Source: Deltaproteobacteria bacterium (lineage in GTDB: Bacteria > Myxococcota_A > Polyangia > Polyangiales > Polyangiaceae). Taken from it: a stretch of 53,414 nt of DNA. How positions within the stretch are numbered: the first letter of the stretch is position 1; each line of letters begins with the position of its first letter. The position numbers and the translations under genes are program-made. The notes under the pieces are model-generated. The model saw nothing but the letters and a program-made list of their open reading frames with translations, was not told where the DNA came from and searched no databases. Below, piece after piece: positions 9,591 through 18,688 of this stretch. Where the stretch lies: NCBI GenBank assembly GCA_043780025.1, contig JAYWEH010000724.1, forward strand, positions 1 through 53,414. The letters are read 5' to 3'.

Positions 9591-10154
9591 ATGTCAGAAC
9601 GCAACAAGTCGAGCGCCGACAATCGCAAGTCCTGGCAACCCGCGCTAGCGGTGTTGGTGGCCAGCGCGGTCTTCGGTTATGCCGTCTTGCCGCGCTGGTC
9701 CGGGCGCGCCGTAACGGCCAGCCACCTCATCGGCAAACCGGCGCCTGATTTCAGCCTGCCCGTGTTCCACGGCGGAGACGAAGGCAGCCGCATCCGCCTG
9801 AGCGCCATGTCTGGCAACGTGGTCGTGCTCGATTTTTGGGCGAGCTGGTGCGTGCCCTGCATCGCCCAGGCCTCGATTCTGACCCAGCTGGTGGCAGCCG
9901 GGGTAGACAAGGACGTCGCCTTCGTTGGGATCAACACCGCGGATGACCCGGGCCGCGCCCGGCAATTCGCACAAAGCCATGAATTGCCCTACCCGAGCGT
10001 GCTCGACACCGCCGGCGTCGCGGATCTCTACGGCGCGAGCAGCTTGCCGACCCTGGTTGTCATCGATCGCGGCGGACGAGTCGTGAGCGCGAGCGCCGGC
10101 GTCGTCAGCGCCGGCGAAATCGCGAAGCTGATCGCTGGTGCGGGCTCCAACTGA
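9591..10154 (+). CDS. TlpA/ResA-family thiol:disulfide oxidoreductase
   Basis: N-terminal TM anchor and the thioredoxin motif FWASWCVPC. It starts 6 nt after the kinase stop. Confidence 0.8.
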   Translation: MSERNKSSADNRKSWQPALAVLVASAVFGYAVLPRWSGRAVTASHLIGKPAPDFSLPVFHGGDEGSRIRLSAMSGNVVVLDFWASWCVPCIAQASILTQLVAAGVDKDVAFVGINTADDPGRARQFAQSHELPYPSVLDTAGVADLYGASSLPTLVVIDRGGRVVSASAGVVSAGEIAKLIAGAGSN

Positions 10155-10195
10155 CATTGATCCTCTGACACTGATATAAGGGCTAAATCACGCCG

Positions 10196-11002
10196 ATGTC
10201 TCCATTCGAACATTCGCTCTTGCTCGGCGTCATTCAGGGTTTGACCGAATTTTTGCCCATCTCGAGCGACGGGCATCTGGCACTCGCTCAGTTGCTGCTC
10301 GACGTGGACGGTGGCGGCCTCACGCTGAGCGTGCTGCTGCACACCGGCACGCTCTTGGCGACGCTGATCTACTTTCGCGAGCGCATCGCGAAGGTCGTCG
10401 TGGATCTGTTCCGAGAGCTGCGCCAGGGAAGCTTACCGAAGCCCGGCAGCGCGGGTTGGGACGCCCTGGTGGTCGTGGTGGTGAGCGTGCCCACGGGCAT
10501 CATCGGGCTCTCGCTCCGAGATGTGGTCGAAGGCTGGACCAAACAGCCGCTGGCAACCGGGCTGGGCTTCATCGTGACGGCGCTCGTGCTCATCTCCTCG
10601 CTATGGGCACGTCCAGGGCAGAGCTCATCCCCGTCACTGCCCGCGGCGCTCTTGATTGGCATTGCTCAAGGCCTGGCGGTCGCGCCGGGCGTTTCCCGCA
10701 GTGGCTGCACCATCGTGGCAGCCCTATGGCTCGGCGTGCGCTCGGAGCGAGCGTTCGAGCTGTCGATGTTGATGAGCATTCCAGCCGTCACGGGCGCCGT
10801 GTTGCTCGAACTGCGTCATCTGGACGCCCTCAACGGCCACGCGTTACCGTTGATCACGGGGGCGGTAGTGGCCTTTGCAGTGGGGCTGTCGGCGCTCGCA
10901 CTATTACGGCGCATGGTCTCGCGCGGTCAGCTCGCCTGGTTTGCGCTCTGGGTGCTGCCGCTCGCCCTGGCGACGTTGGCGCTCGCGAAGGCATTGCCGT
11001 AA
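10196..11002 (+). CDS. uppP: undecaprenyl-diphosphate phosphatase
   Basis: LLLGVIQGLTEFLPISSDGHL and GIAQGLAVAPGVSRSG are BacA/UppP signature blocks. The 268-aa protein is polytopic. Confidence 0.9.
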   Translation: MSPFEHSLLLGVIQGLTEFLPISSDGHLALAQLLLDVDGGGLTLSVLLHTGTLLATLIYFRERIAKVVVDLFRELRQGSLPKPGSAGWDALVVVVVSVPTGIIGLSLRDVVEGWTKQPLATGLGFIVTALVLISSLWARPGQSSSPSLPAALLIGIAQGLAVAPGVSRSGCTIVAALWLGVRSERAFELSMLMSIPAVTGAVLLELRHLDALNGHALPLITGAVVAFAVGLSALALLRRMVSRGQLAWFALWVLPLALATLALAKALP

Positions 11003-11092
11003 TCCGCCCAAATTAGCGAAGCGACACAGGAAACACCGCCAGCCAGCGTCCCAGGTCGAGCTAGGACGCGGATGGCGCCCCGCTACCAAATG

Positions 11093-11109
11093 GGTCATAT
11101 TGGTCATAT
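11093..11109. promoter_or_regulatory. direct repeat GGTCATAT-T-GGTCATAT overlapping the antitoxin start codon (possible operator)
   Basis: Read directly at 11093-11100 and 11102-11109. The ATG at 11108 lies inside the second copy. Confidence 0.3.
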
Positions 11110-11371
11110 GGAGAAGCGCTCGTTTGCTGACGTCAAGGCACACCTCTCCGAAGTCGTGGACCAGGCGGAGCATCGGGGGAAGAAAATCCTCATTCTACGC
11201 CACGGCAAGCCGGCCGCGGCGATCGTTCCCGTGAGCGCTCTCGAGCAGGCAAAAGCGCAACGAGCGATGACGCCGAGCGAGGCCGAGCGTCGTCTCGATG
11301 AGCTCGCGCGAGAACTCATGGGTGATTCCGAGTTCTCTGCCGTCAATGACCTACTGAAGGGGCGAAGGTGA
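11108..11371 (+). CDS. type II antitoxin, Phd/YefM family
   Basis: MEKRSFADVKAHLSEVVDQAEHRGKKILILRHGKPAAAIVPV is a typical Phd/YefM N-terminus. Its stop overlaps the downstream GTG (GTGA). Confidence 0.75.
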   Translation: MEKRSFADVKAHLSEVVDQAEHRGKKILILRHGKPAAAIVPVSALEQAKAQRAMTPSEAERRLDELARELMGDSEFSAVNDLLKGRR

Positions 11372-11772
11372 GCGAATACGTCCTCGATGCCTCGGTCGCA
11401 GTCGCTGCGGTGCGCCCCATGGAACCGTCTCACGCGGCCTCACGAGCGCGGCTAACGCGGTTGCTCGCCGGTGCGGATGAGATCGTGGTACCCGCGATTT
11501 TTGATGTCGAAGTGACGTCGGCGCTGGCGCGGGCACGCGCCCCGGCAGCGGCTGCGCGTCGCTATCTCGAGCAGGAGCTCGGTGCGCGCCGGCTCATCAG
11601 CATCGGACCCCGCGCCGCCCGCGCCATCTCCGCTATTGCCGCGCGCACCCAACTACGCGCAGCGGACGCGATCTACGTCTGGGTTGCATGCAAGCACGCT
11701 CTCCCGCTCGTGACGCTCGATCGCGAGATCGCCGAAAAGGCCGGGGCGCTGTGCGCAGTCGAAGCGCCGTGA
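11368..11772 (+). CDS. PIN-domain toxin (VapC-like)
   Basis: YVLDASV (Asp1), FDVEV (Glu), RAADAIYV (Asp) and VTLDRE (Asp). The 134-aa ORF has a 4-nt overlap with the antitoxin. Confidence 0.7.
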   Translation: MSEYVLDASVAVAAVRPMEPSHAASRARLTRLLAGADEIVVPAIFDVEVTSALARARAPAAAARRYLEQELGARRLISIGPRAARAISAIAARTQLRAADAIYVWVACKHALPLVTLDREIAEKAGALCAVEAP

Positions 11773-11850
11773 ATAAACCGTCGCCGCCGGCGCTCGGCCT
11801 TGCTCATCGCGCTAGGGGCTTTGTTCGTCGCAGCGCTGACGATGGCCGCT

Positions 11851-12789
11851 TCAGGGAGCCGCCGGGCGGAAGTGTACGGTACCGACTGGTTGCAGGAAGC
11901 CCCGTGCGTTGACGAATTCGGCGTCGGTGAAGACGCCGACGAGCCCCTCATCCGAGAGCCGCAGCGTGAGCATGGAGTCGCGCTCGGGCGTGGCGGTGCA
12001 ATATTCCCGGCCATTGAGCACTTCGCAATAGCAGACGCGGTCGGAGCACAGGGCGAGCTTCTGGCAATCGATGGGCACCTGCTCGTCGCCAAAGAAACAT
12101 GCGCCGCTGTCGTCGACGAGCCAGCCTTCGTTCTCTGGACAGGTGTCGGACGTTTGTAACGCACACCAGGACTCGAAGACCTGCGTCGTACTGTAGTAGA
12201 GCTCGAGCTTTCCATCGAGCACGCGCCCGTCCAGAGAGAACTGCTCTTCAGTTTGCGACGTGAGACCTTGGGCCTCGAGGTCGACTTGCTTGAAGCCGCC
12301 ACCGACACGATGGGCAAAGCCCTCCGTTGGAGTGACCGTGCGGCCAGTGGCGAACGGCGAAGTGATGTCGAAGTTGGGATCCACCGTGGGGTAGCCCACG
12401 TCCGGATCGGTCGCCGGAGCCGGCGGCGTGCCGATCCCGAAGGTGATGGCGCCCACCGGATAGGGCGAGCCGATGTCGGTGAGCTCGAGCCGGATCAGCG
12501 TCGAACCCGAGGGAAAACGGTAGGCGGGTGGCTCGTCGTCGGCGTTGCTCTGGAGCGCCAGCGGATCTTCGGCTTCGCCGATCCACACACCAGCGAACTC
12601 GGTGGCAAACTCCGCGACGGGTGGCAGCGCCGTTGCGGCCGGCGGCTCCGGCTCATTCGGCTCCTCTTGAGCCAGGTCGCTGGTGGTGTGACCGAGGTCG
12701 TTTACGGGCGACTCCTGACACGCGAACGCGAGCACCAGCGTGAGCGCCGTGATGGCTGGATGACTGAGCGATGAACGAAGTGAGGTCAT
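11851..12789 (-). CDS. hypothetical lipoprotein
   Basis: The internal start MTSLRSSLSHPAITALTLVLAFAC gives a lipobox (LAFAC). The upstream 66 codons of the ORF-track call look non-coding. The C-terminus is Cys-rich. Confidence 0.55.
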   Translation of the reverse strand: MTSLRSSLSHPAITALTLVLAFACQESPVNDLGHTTSDLAQEEPNEPEPPAATALPPVAEFATEFAGVWIGEAEDPLALQSNADDEPPAYRFPSGSTLIRLELTDIGSPYPVGAITFGIGTPPAPATDPDVGYPTVDPNFDITSPFATGRTVTPTEGFAHRVGGGFKQVDLEAQGLTSQTEEQFSLDGRVLDGKLELYYSTTQVFESWCALQTSDTCPENEGWLVDDSGACFFGDEQVPIDCQKLALCSDRVCYCEVLNGREYCTATPERDSMLTLRLSDEGLVGVFTDAEFVNARGFLQPVGTVHFRPAAP

Positions 12790-12803
12790 GCTGATGAGTA
12801 CCT

Positions 12804-13667
12804 TCAGCGCTTCAAATTCGACGTGCTCTGACGCATTTGTTCGAGGAGCTCGAAGTTGATGGGCGGCTCCGTGGTGCCCTGGCCCGCGCAGCTCTCCCGC
12901 AAGCTCGCCGCATAGGCGGAGTCGGGCGCGCGCTCGAGCAGGCTCGCGGCGAGCGCTTTCGCCTTCGCGACCTGGCCCGCATCGCACCAGGCGTGTGTGC
13001 GGGCCACCTCGCGCTCCTCGCGCAGCACCTCGATCGGCACGCGCGCGTCGAGCGTGTCGAGCTCCCGGAGCGCGCGCATCGGTTCTCCCGCCCGCGAGAA
13101 CAGCTGTGCCTTGCGCAGCTGCTCGATGGCGAAGCGTAGTGAATCCACGTTGGACGGCTGGCTTCGCGGCTTGTGCTGATGAGGTGGGCGCGACGGCGCC
13201 GGAGCGCGTGCGGCGTCGCTCGGGAACGTTTCCGTCTGCGGTTCACCGGCAGCGGCGACGTTCGACGGCTGCGCCGCGGGCACAGCGCCCAGAGCTGACG
13301 GCCCGAGGTCGCCGTTTCCTACCGGGACGCTGACGGCAGCCTGCCCGGTGCGGCTGGGCGGCTCGTACGGCCCGCCCGCGCGGTCGCGCCACGCGAACCC
13401 GATCGCGACTCCCGCCGCCACCAGACCGGCAGCGCGCACGACGCGCAGCACAGCGGATGCGCGCGACGGCACGGGCCCGAGCGACGGCAGAGCGGTCAGA
13501 GCACCTGACAACTGTTCGTCAACGAGCGCGCGTGCGGCCGCATTGGCTCCGGCACCTCTGCGCGCTCGCGCGAGCAGATCACCCAATGCCATGTCGAAGG
13601 CCCCGTCGTCGTCCGCTCGCGCGGCTCGCTGCAGCGCCGACATCAATTCGTTCGTTCGCGGACTCAT
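12804..13667 (-). CDS. putative anti-sigma factor (single TM, TPR-like C-terminus)
   Basis: ATGA start/stop overlap with the upstream ECF sigma gene. One TM segment (VVRAAGLVAAGVAIGFAW). Confidence 0.55.
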   Translation of the reverse strand: MSPRTNELMSALQRAARADDDGAFDMALGDLLARARRGAGANAAARALVDEQLSGALTALPSLGPVPSRASAVLRVVRAAGLVAAGVAIGFAWRDRAGGPYEPPSRTGQAAVSVPVGNGDLGPSALGAVPAAQPSNVAAAGEPQTETFPSDAARAPAPSRPPHQHKPRSQPSNVDSLRFAIEQLRKAQLFSRAGEPMRALRELDTLDARVPIEVLREEREVARTHAWCDAGQVAKAKALAASLLERAPDSAYAASLRESCAGQGTTEPPINFELLEQMRQSTSNLKR

Positions 13668-14311
13668 TCGGCAGCTCCCTGTCGCGATAAAACCCAGCGC
13701 TTGAACGCGCGGCGCAGATCGCGCACCCGGTGGTAGACGGTGTTGCGTTGAACGCCGAGCAATTCCGCCGTCTCTTCGGCGCTCAGCTCTTCCAGAAATT
13801 GACTGATGAAGAGCACGCGGCGCGGCTCGTCCAGCGTGGCCAGGAACTCTTGCACGAGCCGCAGCGCGTCGGCGTCGGCGCGCGCTTCGTCGGGCTGCGG
13901 CCGTTCGTCGCGCAAATCATCGTTCAGCGGTGCCGCACGGCGCTCGTGCCGGCGCTGCCAGCGGCGGTGGTTGCGGGCCGTGTTGAGCGCGATCGAAAAC
14001 AGCCACGTGCGATAGGTTGACCGCACCTCGAAATGGCTCAGCTGACGGTGCACGGCCAGCCACACCTCCTGAGCCGCATCGGGCAGGGCGGGCGTTGGCA
14101 CGCCCAGGTGTCGCAACGTCCGATACGTAAAGTCGAAGTAGTCACCGTACAGCTGCTCGAAAGAGGCGGGCACCGAACTAATGGCCGCTCGCCGTGCCGG
14201 GTCGAGATCGAGCCGTTCCAATGGCAAGTGAGTAGCCGCCGCGCCCGGGATTCGACGTTCGTCGCCGTCCTCGCGCAGCGAATCTCGAGGATTTTCCGGC
14301 AGGGCGGTCAA
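13664..14311 (-). CDS. ECF-type RNA polymerase sigma-70 factor
   Basis: Region 2 (AAQEVWLAVHRQLSHFEVRSTYRTWLFSIALNTARNHRR) and region 4 HTH (LSAEETAELLGVQRNTVYHRVRDLR). The ORF track extends to 14455 and overlaps the upstream gene. The in-frame TTG at 14311, abutting the upstream stop (14313-14315), is my preferred start, but it is uncertain. Confidence 0.8.
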   Translation of the reverse strand: MTALPENPRDSLREDGDERRIPGAAATHLPLERLDLDPARRAAISSVPASFEQLYGDYFDFTYRTLRHLGVPTPALPDAAQEVWLAVHRQLSHFEVRSTYRTWLFSIALNTARNHRRWQRRHERRAAPLNDDLRDERPQPDEARADADALRLVQEFLATLDEPRRVLFISQFLEELSAEETAELLGVQRNTVYHRVRDLRRAFKRWVLSRQGAAE

Positions 14312-14312
14312 G

Positions 14313-15374
14313 TTACCGCAGTGGCACGTCGATACCGACAGCTGCTCGAAAGCCAAACAGCGGGATACGATGCACGATCTCGCTGTCGTCCACGCGAAAG
14401 CTCCCGCGCACCAATGGGTGCAAAGCCCCCACGCGCGTCGTGATGCCAAAGCCATCGAAGGGCGCCGCGCTGAAGCCCAGGCTCACCCCCGGCGCCGCCC
14501 ACAGGTTACGCTTCTCGGCGGCCTCCCTCAGCCCCACCCCCTCCGAACGGAGCTCCCCGAGCTCGACCAGTGCGCACGTATCGATGCCACGCCCCCACTC
14601 CCTGCAAGCCCGCAGCCCACCCGACCACAGCCCGATCTCCAGCGATTCGCTCACCGAGAGCCGCAGCGCCACCGATGGCAGCCCGAGCACGTACAACCCC
14701 AGCGCGAACCTGCCGAAGCGCAGCTTGGCGCCCAGCGCGGCGCCCAACGCGGCCGAGCCCAACGTGTACGGATCGAGCAGCCCTTCCAGCTCGAGCGCCG
14801 TCGTCACACCGAGCCCGCTCAGCTCGAGCTCAGACGCAGCGCTGGGCTCCGGCTCGGCGCTGACCTCGGAGGCGCCAGACGACACAGCATCCAACGGCTC
14901 AGTCAACGCCGAGACCCCCTGCTCGTCATTCGAGGCGACACCGCCGTACCCATCGTCGGCCTCATCTCGACCGCTGCGCAAGGCGAGCACGATCGCAACG
15001 GCAGCCGCATCGCCGAGTTCCTTGCAATCCGCGCCGTACATCACGCGCCGGCGCACGCCGCCGCTATCCCCGAATTCGAGCGCGAGCGACCACCGACCAC
15101 CCGTGTGCTCGATCGTCCCAATAATCCGTTCAAAGCGCGACCAACTCACGTTCTCCCGGGCCACCAGCGCTTCCACCTGCGCTACCACCACCTCTCGCTC
15201 CGGACAGCGCGGGGGAGCTCGCCAGTGTAGCCGCGGAGCATCTGCGGCCCCACCTTCCGGTGGCTTTGCCTGTGCATGTGACGTGGCCACTGCAACGAGC
15301 AGCGCATGAAATATCAGCGCGCCGGCCGCCATTCGCTCGACGCGGCGATCGACCCGCTTTTGCAGCATGCGCAC
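14313..15374 (-). CDS. hypothetical secreted protein (first gene of the ECF operon)
   Basis: Signal-like segment AAGALIFHALLVAVATSHAQA. The C-terminal half is Gly/Leu/Ala-rich with an alternating pattern suggesting beta strands. No domain recognised. Confidence 0.5.
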   Translation of the reverse strand: MRMLQKRVDRRVERMAAGALIFHALLVAVATSHAQAKPPEGGAADAPRLHWRAPPRCPEREVVVAQVEALVARENVSWSRFERIIGTIEHTGGRWSLALEFGDSGGVRRRVMYGADCKELGDAAAVAIVLALRSGRDEADDGYGGVASNDEQGVSALTEPLDAVSSGASEVSAEPEPSAASELELSGLGVTTALELEGLLDPYTLGSAALGAALGAKLRFGRFALGLYVLGLPSVALRLSVSESLEIGLWSGGLRACREWGRGIDTCALVELGELRSEGVGLREAAEKRNLWAAPGVSLGFSAAPFDGFGITTRVGALHPLVRGSFRVDDSEIVHRIPLFGFRAAVGIDVPLR

Positions 15375-15507
15375 AAAGGTAGCGGCTCGCGCTTACCCCT
15401 GCAATCAAAGTCGGTGTGGCGGGTCCGGATGAGGCGGGGACGCGCGTGCTCTGTAGCGACCCGGGCAGCGTGGCGCCCTTCACAGCTGCGTGGTAGTCTG
15501 GCGTTGA

Positions 15508-15721
15508 ATGGACGCCCTGGATGACGTGCTGCGCGTCGTCGCTAGCTTGAATGGGGCTGGCGTCGAGTATGTGATTGTTGGTGGGGTCGCCATGAATTTC
15601 CACGGTCTGCGTGGCGACGCCCCTGACGCTGTATAGGATGAAAAAGGACACGGTCCGTCCCATCGACCACGCTGACGCTAACGCGCTCGTCGCTGCGTTC
15701 CACTTGCGTGAAGAGAAGTAG
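15508..15721 (+). pseudogene. remnant of a nucleotidyltransferase-fold gene (N- and C-terminal fragments in different frames)
   Basis: Fragment 15508-15636 reads MDALDDVLRVVASLNGAGVEYVIVGGVAMNFHGLRGDAPDAV*. Fragment 15638-15721, in the +1 frame, reads MKKDTVRPIDHADANALVAAFHLREEK*. The two look like the ends of a small NTase-type protein with the middle missing. Confidence 0.4.
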
Positions 15722-15727
15722 ATCCCA

Positions 15728-15958
15728 ATGCCGGTATTCAAGTATCGAGATATTGCCGACATGCCCCCGCTGCCGCTCGTACCGATGGATCAGCGCGCCG
15801 CTCGGATTCGTTCACTTTGGCAGCGGGCTCATCTGATCGGTGGTGGCGTGATCTCGCGCGGTGTCCTGCGCTTCCGCAGCATCGACGATGCGAATTTGAC
15901 GCGCACCCGCGCGACGCTCGAACGCATGGCGCATCGGGGCAAATCGCTTGCCAAGTGA
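15728..15958 (+). CDS. hypothetical small protein
   Basis: 76-aa ORF starting 6 nt after the remnant. The composition is protein-like and no domain was recognised. Confidence 0.35.
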   Translation: MPVFKYRDIADMPPLPLVPMDQRAARIRSLWQRAHLIGGGVISRGVLRFRSIDDANLTRTRATLERMAHRGKSLAK

Positions 15959-16388
15959 ACGCGCTAGTATTCTCCCGCTCGATGCTTGCCGTGCGTGTCA
16001 GTCACGAAGCCTTCTGTGGCGATAAACCTGTTCGGCTTCCGCTACATCCGCGAGGGCTGGGGCCTCGCCAACGTGTTCCATCACGAGCGGATCGGCGCGG
16101 ACTTCACCGCCCCCAAGACCGCTCGTAGCCACCCGGCATCGTCGTCATGACGCGTCGGGAGGCATCCTCGCGTTGGCGGTGTACGACGTGTACGAACACA
16201 GTGACGGCGCTGACAACTGTGTCCGTCCGCTGGAGCGCACCCGGCCGCGCCACCATCAGTGTGACGCCGCCCCGCGGGGTGTGGTGTAGGCCCGGTCGGC
16301 AGGAGAGATTCCTGCGGCATAGGTGGCGGAGGTGGCAAACGTTGCGGGTGTGCGTCCGCCGGACGGACACGTGCGGAGCGCAAACCGA

Positions 16389-18518
16389 TCAGCGCGCGCG
16401 GGAACTGCGCCGGGGGCGTTTTGAGGCGGGGGATGCCTTGCGAGCGGGCTTCTCGCGTGGGTTGACCTGGGCCGCGCGCTCGCTCGTGCCCCCGCCTGCT
16501 GTACCCTGCAGCTTGCGCAAATCATCGCGTAGCCGCGCAGCTTTCTCGAATTGGAGATTCTCCGCCGCGAGAAACATCTCTTGCCGTAGCGCGACAATGC
16601 GCTCCATCAGATCGTGATCGGGCGCCCCGTCAACGCCAGTGACCGCCCGGTTGGTTCGCGCCGACTTGCCCTCGCCGCCTTTGCCGCGCCCGGACGGCAC
16701 GGCGTAATAGTCGCGCTCTCCGCTCTGCGCCACCACGTCCAGGATCGCGCGGCTGATTGTCGCCGGACTGATGCCATGTTCTATGTTGTAGAGGCGCTGC
16801 ATCTCGCGGCGCCGCGACGTCTCATCCATGGCGTAGCGCATCGCCGGGGTGATGCGATCGGCAAACATCAACACGCGGCCGTTGACGTTACGCGCCGCCC
16901 GCCCGATCGTCTGGATCAGCGAACGGGCGCTGCGCAAGAAGCCCTCCTTGTCCGCGTCGAGGATGGCCACCAGGCTCACCTCCGGCAGATCGAGCCCCTC
17001 ACGCAGCAAGTTGATGCCCACGAGCACGTCGTATTCGCCCGCGCGCAAATCGCGCAGCAGCTCGATGCGCGCCAACGTTTCGACGTCGGAGTGCAGGTAA
17101 CGCACCTTGACGCCGAGCTCGGCATAATACTCGGTCAAGTCCTCCGCCATGCGCTTGGTCAACGTGGTGACCAACACGCGCTCGTTCTTGGCGGCGCGGA
17201 TGCGAATCTCCTCGAGCAGGTTGTCCACCTGCCCGCCGACGGGGCGCAGCTCAATCTCCGGGTCCATCAGACCGGTGGGACGGATCACCTGTTGAACCGG
17301 CTCGCCCTCGTGGCGCGTGAGCTCGTATTCACCCGGCGTGGCCGAAATAAACAGCGCGTGTTTGATGTGCTTCTCGAACTCTTCGAATTGCAGCGGGCGG
17401 TTGTCGAGCGCGCTCGGCAAGCGAAAGCCGTATTCCACCAGCGTCTCCTTGCGCGATCGGTCGCCGCGAAACATCGAGCCGATCTGCGGCACGGTCTGGT
17501 GCGACTCGTCGATGACCAGCAAGAAATCGTCGGGAAAATAATCGATCAGCGTCGGCGGCGGCTCCCCCACCAGGCGCTTCGACAGGTGGCGCGAATAGTT
17601 CTCGATGCCCTGCACGAAGCCCATCTGCTCGAGCATCTCGAGATCGTACGACGTGCGCTGCTCGATGCGCTGCTTTTCCAGGAACCGGCCCTGCTTGTCG
17701 AACCAGGACAGGCGCTCGCGCAGCTCCAGCCGAATCGCGTCGATGGCGTGATTCAACTGCTCCTTGGGCGTTACATAGTGTGATCCCGGGTACACGGCGT
17801 AGCGATCGAGGCTCCCGAGCACACGTCCGCGCAGCGGATCGACCCGGCTGATGTTATCGACCTCGTCGCCGAAGAACTCGACCCTGATCGCCTCCGCCTC
17901 TTCGTAGGCGGGGAAGATCTCCACGACGTCCCCTCGCACACGGAACGTACCGCGGTGAAAGTCGGTGTCGTTGCGCTGATACTGAATGTCCACCAGGCGG
18001 CGCAAGAGCACGTCGCGTCCGATCTCTTGACCCTTCACAATCTCGATCAACAGCCCGTGATAGCTCTCCGCCGAGCCGATGCCATAGATGCAGCTGACGC
18101 TGGCCACGATGATCACGTCGTCGCGCGACAACAGCGCGTGAGTCGCAGCGTGGCGCATGCGATCGATCTGGTCGTTGATGATCGCGTCCTTCTCGACGAA
18201 GGTGTCGCTAGCCGGCATGTACGCTTCCGGCTGGTAGTAATCGTAATAGCTGACGAAGTAGCTGACCGCGGCGTCCGGAAACAGATCCTTCATCTCGCCG
18301 TACAGCTGCGCCGCCAGCGTCTTGTTGGGCGCGATGATCAGCGTCGGCCGATCGTAGGCCTGGATCACGTTTGCAACGGTGAAGGTCTTGCCGCTGCCCG
18401 TGATACCGAGGAGCGTCTGGCAACGTTTGCCTTCGCTCAGCCCGCGCACGAGCGCCTCGATAGCCTGAGGCTGGTCGCCGGCAGGCTCGAAATCACTGCG
18501 GAGTGTGAAACGAGACAT
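16389..18518 (-). CDS. uvrB: excinuclease ABC subunit B
   Basis: [20 protein letters not shown], Walker [11 protein letters not shown], full-length helicase motifs, and a C-terminal UVR motif ([13 protein letters not shown]). The ATG at 18518 is preferred over the TTG at 18533. Confidence 0.95.
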   Translation of the reverse strand: MSRFTLRSDFEPAGDQPQAIEALVRGLSEGKRCQTLLGITGSGKTFTVANVIQAYDRPTLIIAPNKTLAAQLYGEMKDLFPDAAVSYFVSYYDYYQPEAYMPASDTFVEKDAIINDQIDRMRHAATHALLSRDDVIIVASVSCIYGIGSAESYHGLLIEIVKGQEIGRDVLLRRLVDIQYQRNDTDFHRGTFRVRGDVVEIFPAYEEAEAIRVEFFGDEVDNISRVDPLRGRVLGSLDRYAVYPGSHYVTPKEQLNHAIDAIRLELRERLSWFDKQGRFLEKQRIEQRTSYDLEMLEQMGFVQGIENYSRHLSKRLVGEPPPTLIDYFPDDFLLVIDESHQTVPQIGSMFRGDRSRKETLVEYGFRLPSALDNRPLQFEEFEKHIKHALFISATPGEYELTRHEGEPVQQVIRPTGLMDPEIELRPVGGQVDNLLEEIRIRAAKNERVLVTTLTKRMAEDLTEYYAELGVKVRYLHSDVETLARIELLRDLRAGEYDVLVGINLLREGLDLPEVSLVAILDADKEGFLRSARSLIQTIGRAARNVNGRVLMFADRITPAMRYAMDETSRRREMQRLYNIEHGISPATISRAILDVVAQSGERDYYAVPSGRGKGGEGKSARTNRAVTGVDGAPDHDLMERIVALRQEMFLAAENLQFEKAARLRDDLRKLQGTAGGGTSERAAQVNPREKPARKASPASKRPRRSSRAR

Positions 18519-18540
18519 GAGTGGAACGAGCAATATCGGC

Positions 18541-18557
18541 TAGTACGCCGGTTCCAA
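18541..18557. promoter_or_regulatory. candidate LexA (SOS) box TAGTACGCCGGTTCCAA, 23 nt upstream of the uvrB ATG
   Basis: An identical 17-mer recurs at 27083-27099 upstream of recA, and a copy with 2 mismatches at 51418-51434. The core is GTAC-N4-GTTC. Confidence 0.5.
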
Positions 18558-18566
18558 TGAAGCGAT

Positions 18567-18611
18567 GGGAATTTCGAATGCCCCGGCTGGGGCGCGGGCA
18601 TCGAAATTCCC
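18567..18611. terminator. long near-perfect hairpin between argC and uvrB
   Basis: GGGAATTTCGAATGCCC (18567-18583) pairs with GGGCATCGAAATTCCC (18596-18611) with one bulged A. It lies about 80 nt downstream of the argC stop. There is no T-tract, so terminator function is inferred only. Confidence 0.35.
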
Positions 18612-18688
18612 GGCTTTGCTACCGATTTGAACCGGCTCCTCCTCTACCTTTAGCTTGGTTTGCTGAGGAAGAGCGCGCGACCCGCGGC

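Noticed and set aside
15130-15762. 210-aa minus-strand ORF overlapping the 5' end of the ECF-operon first gene and the NTase remnant.
   Set aside because: It has no recognisable motifs, overlaps better-supported features on both sides, and has implausible composition.
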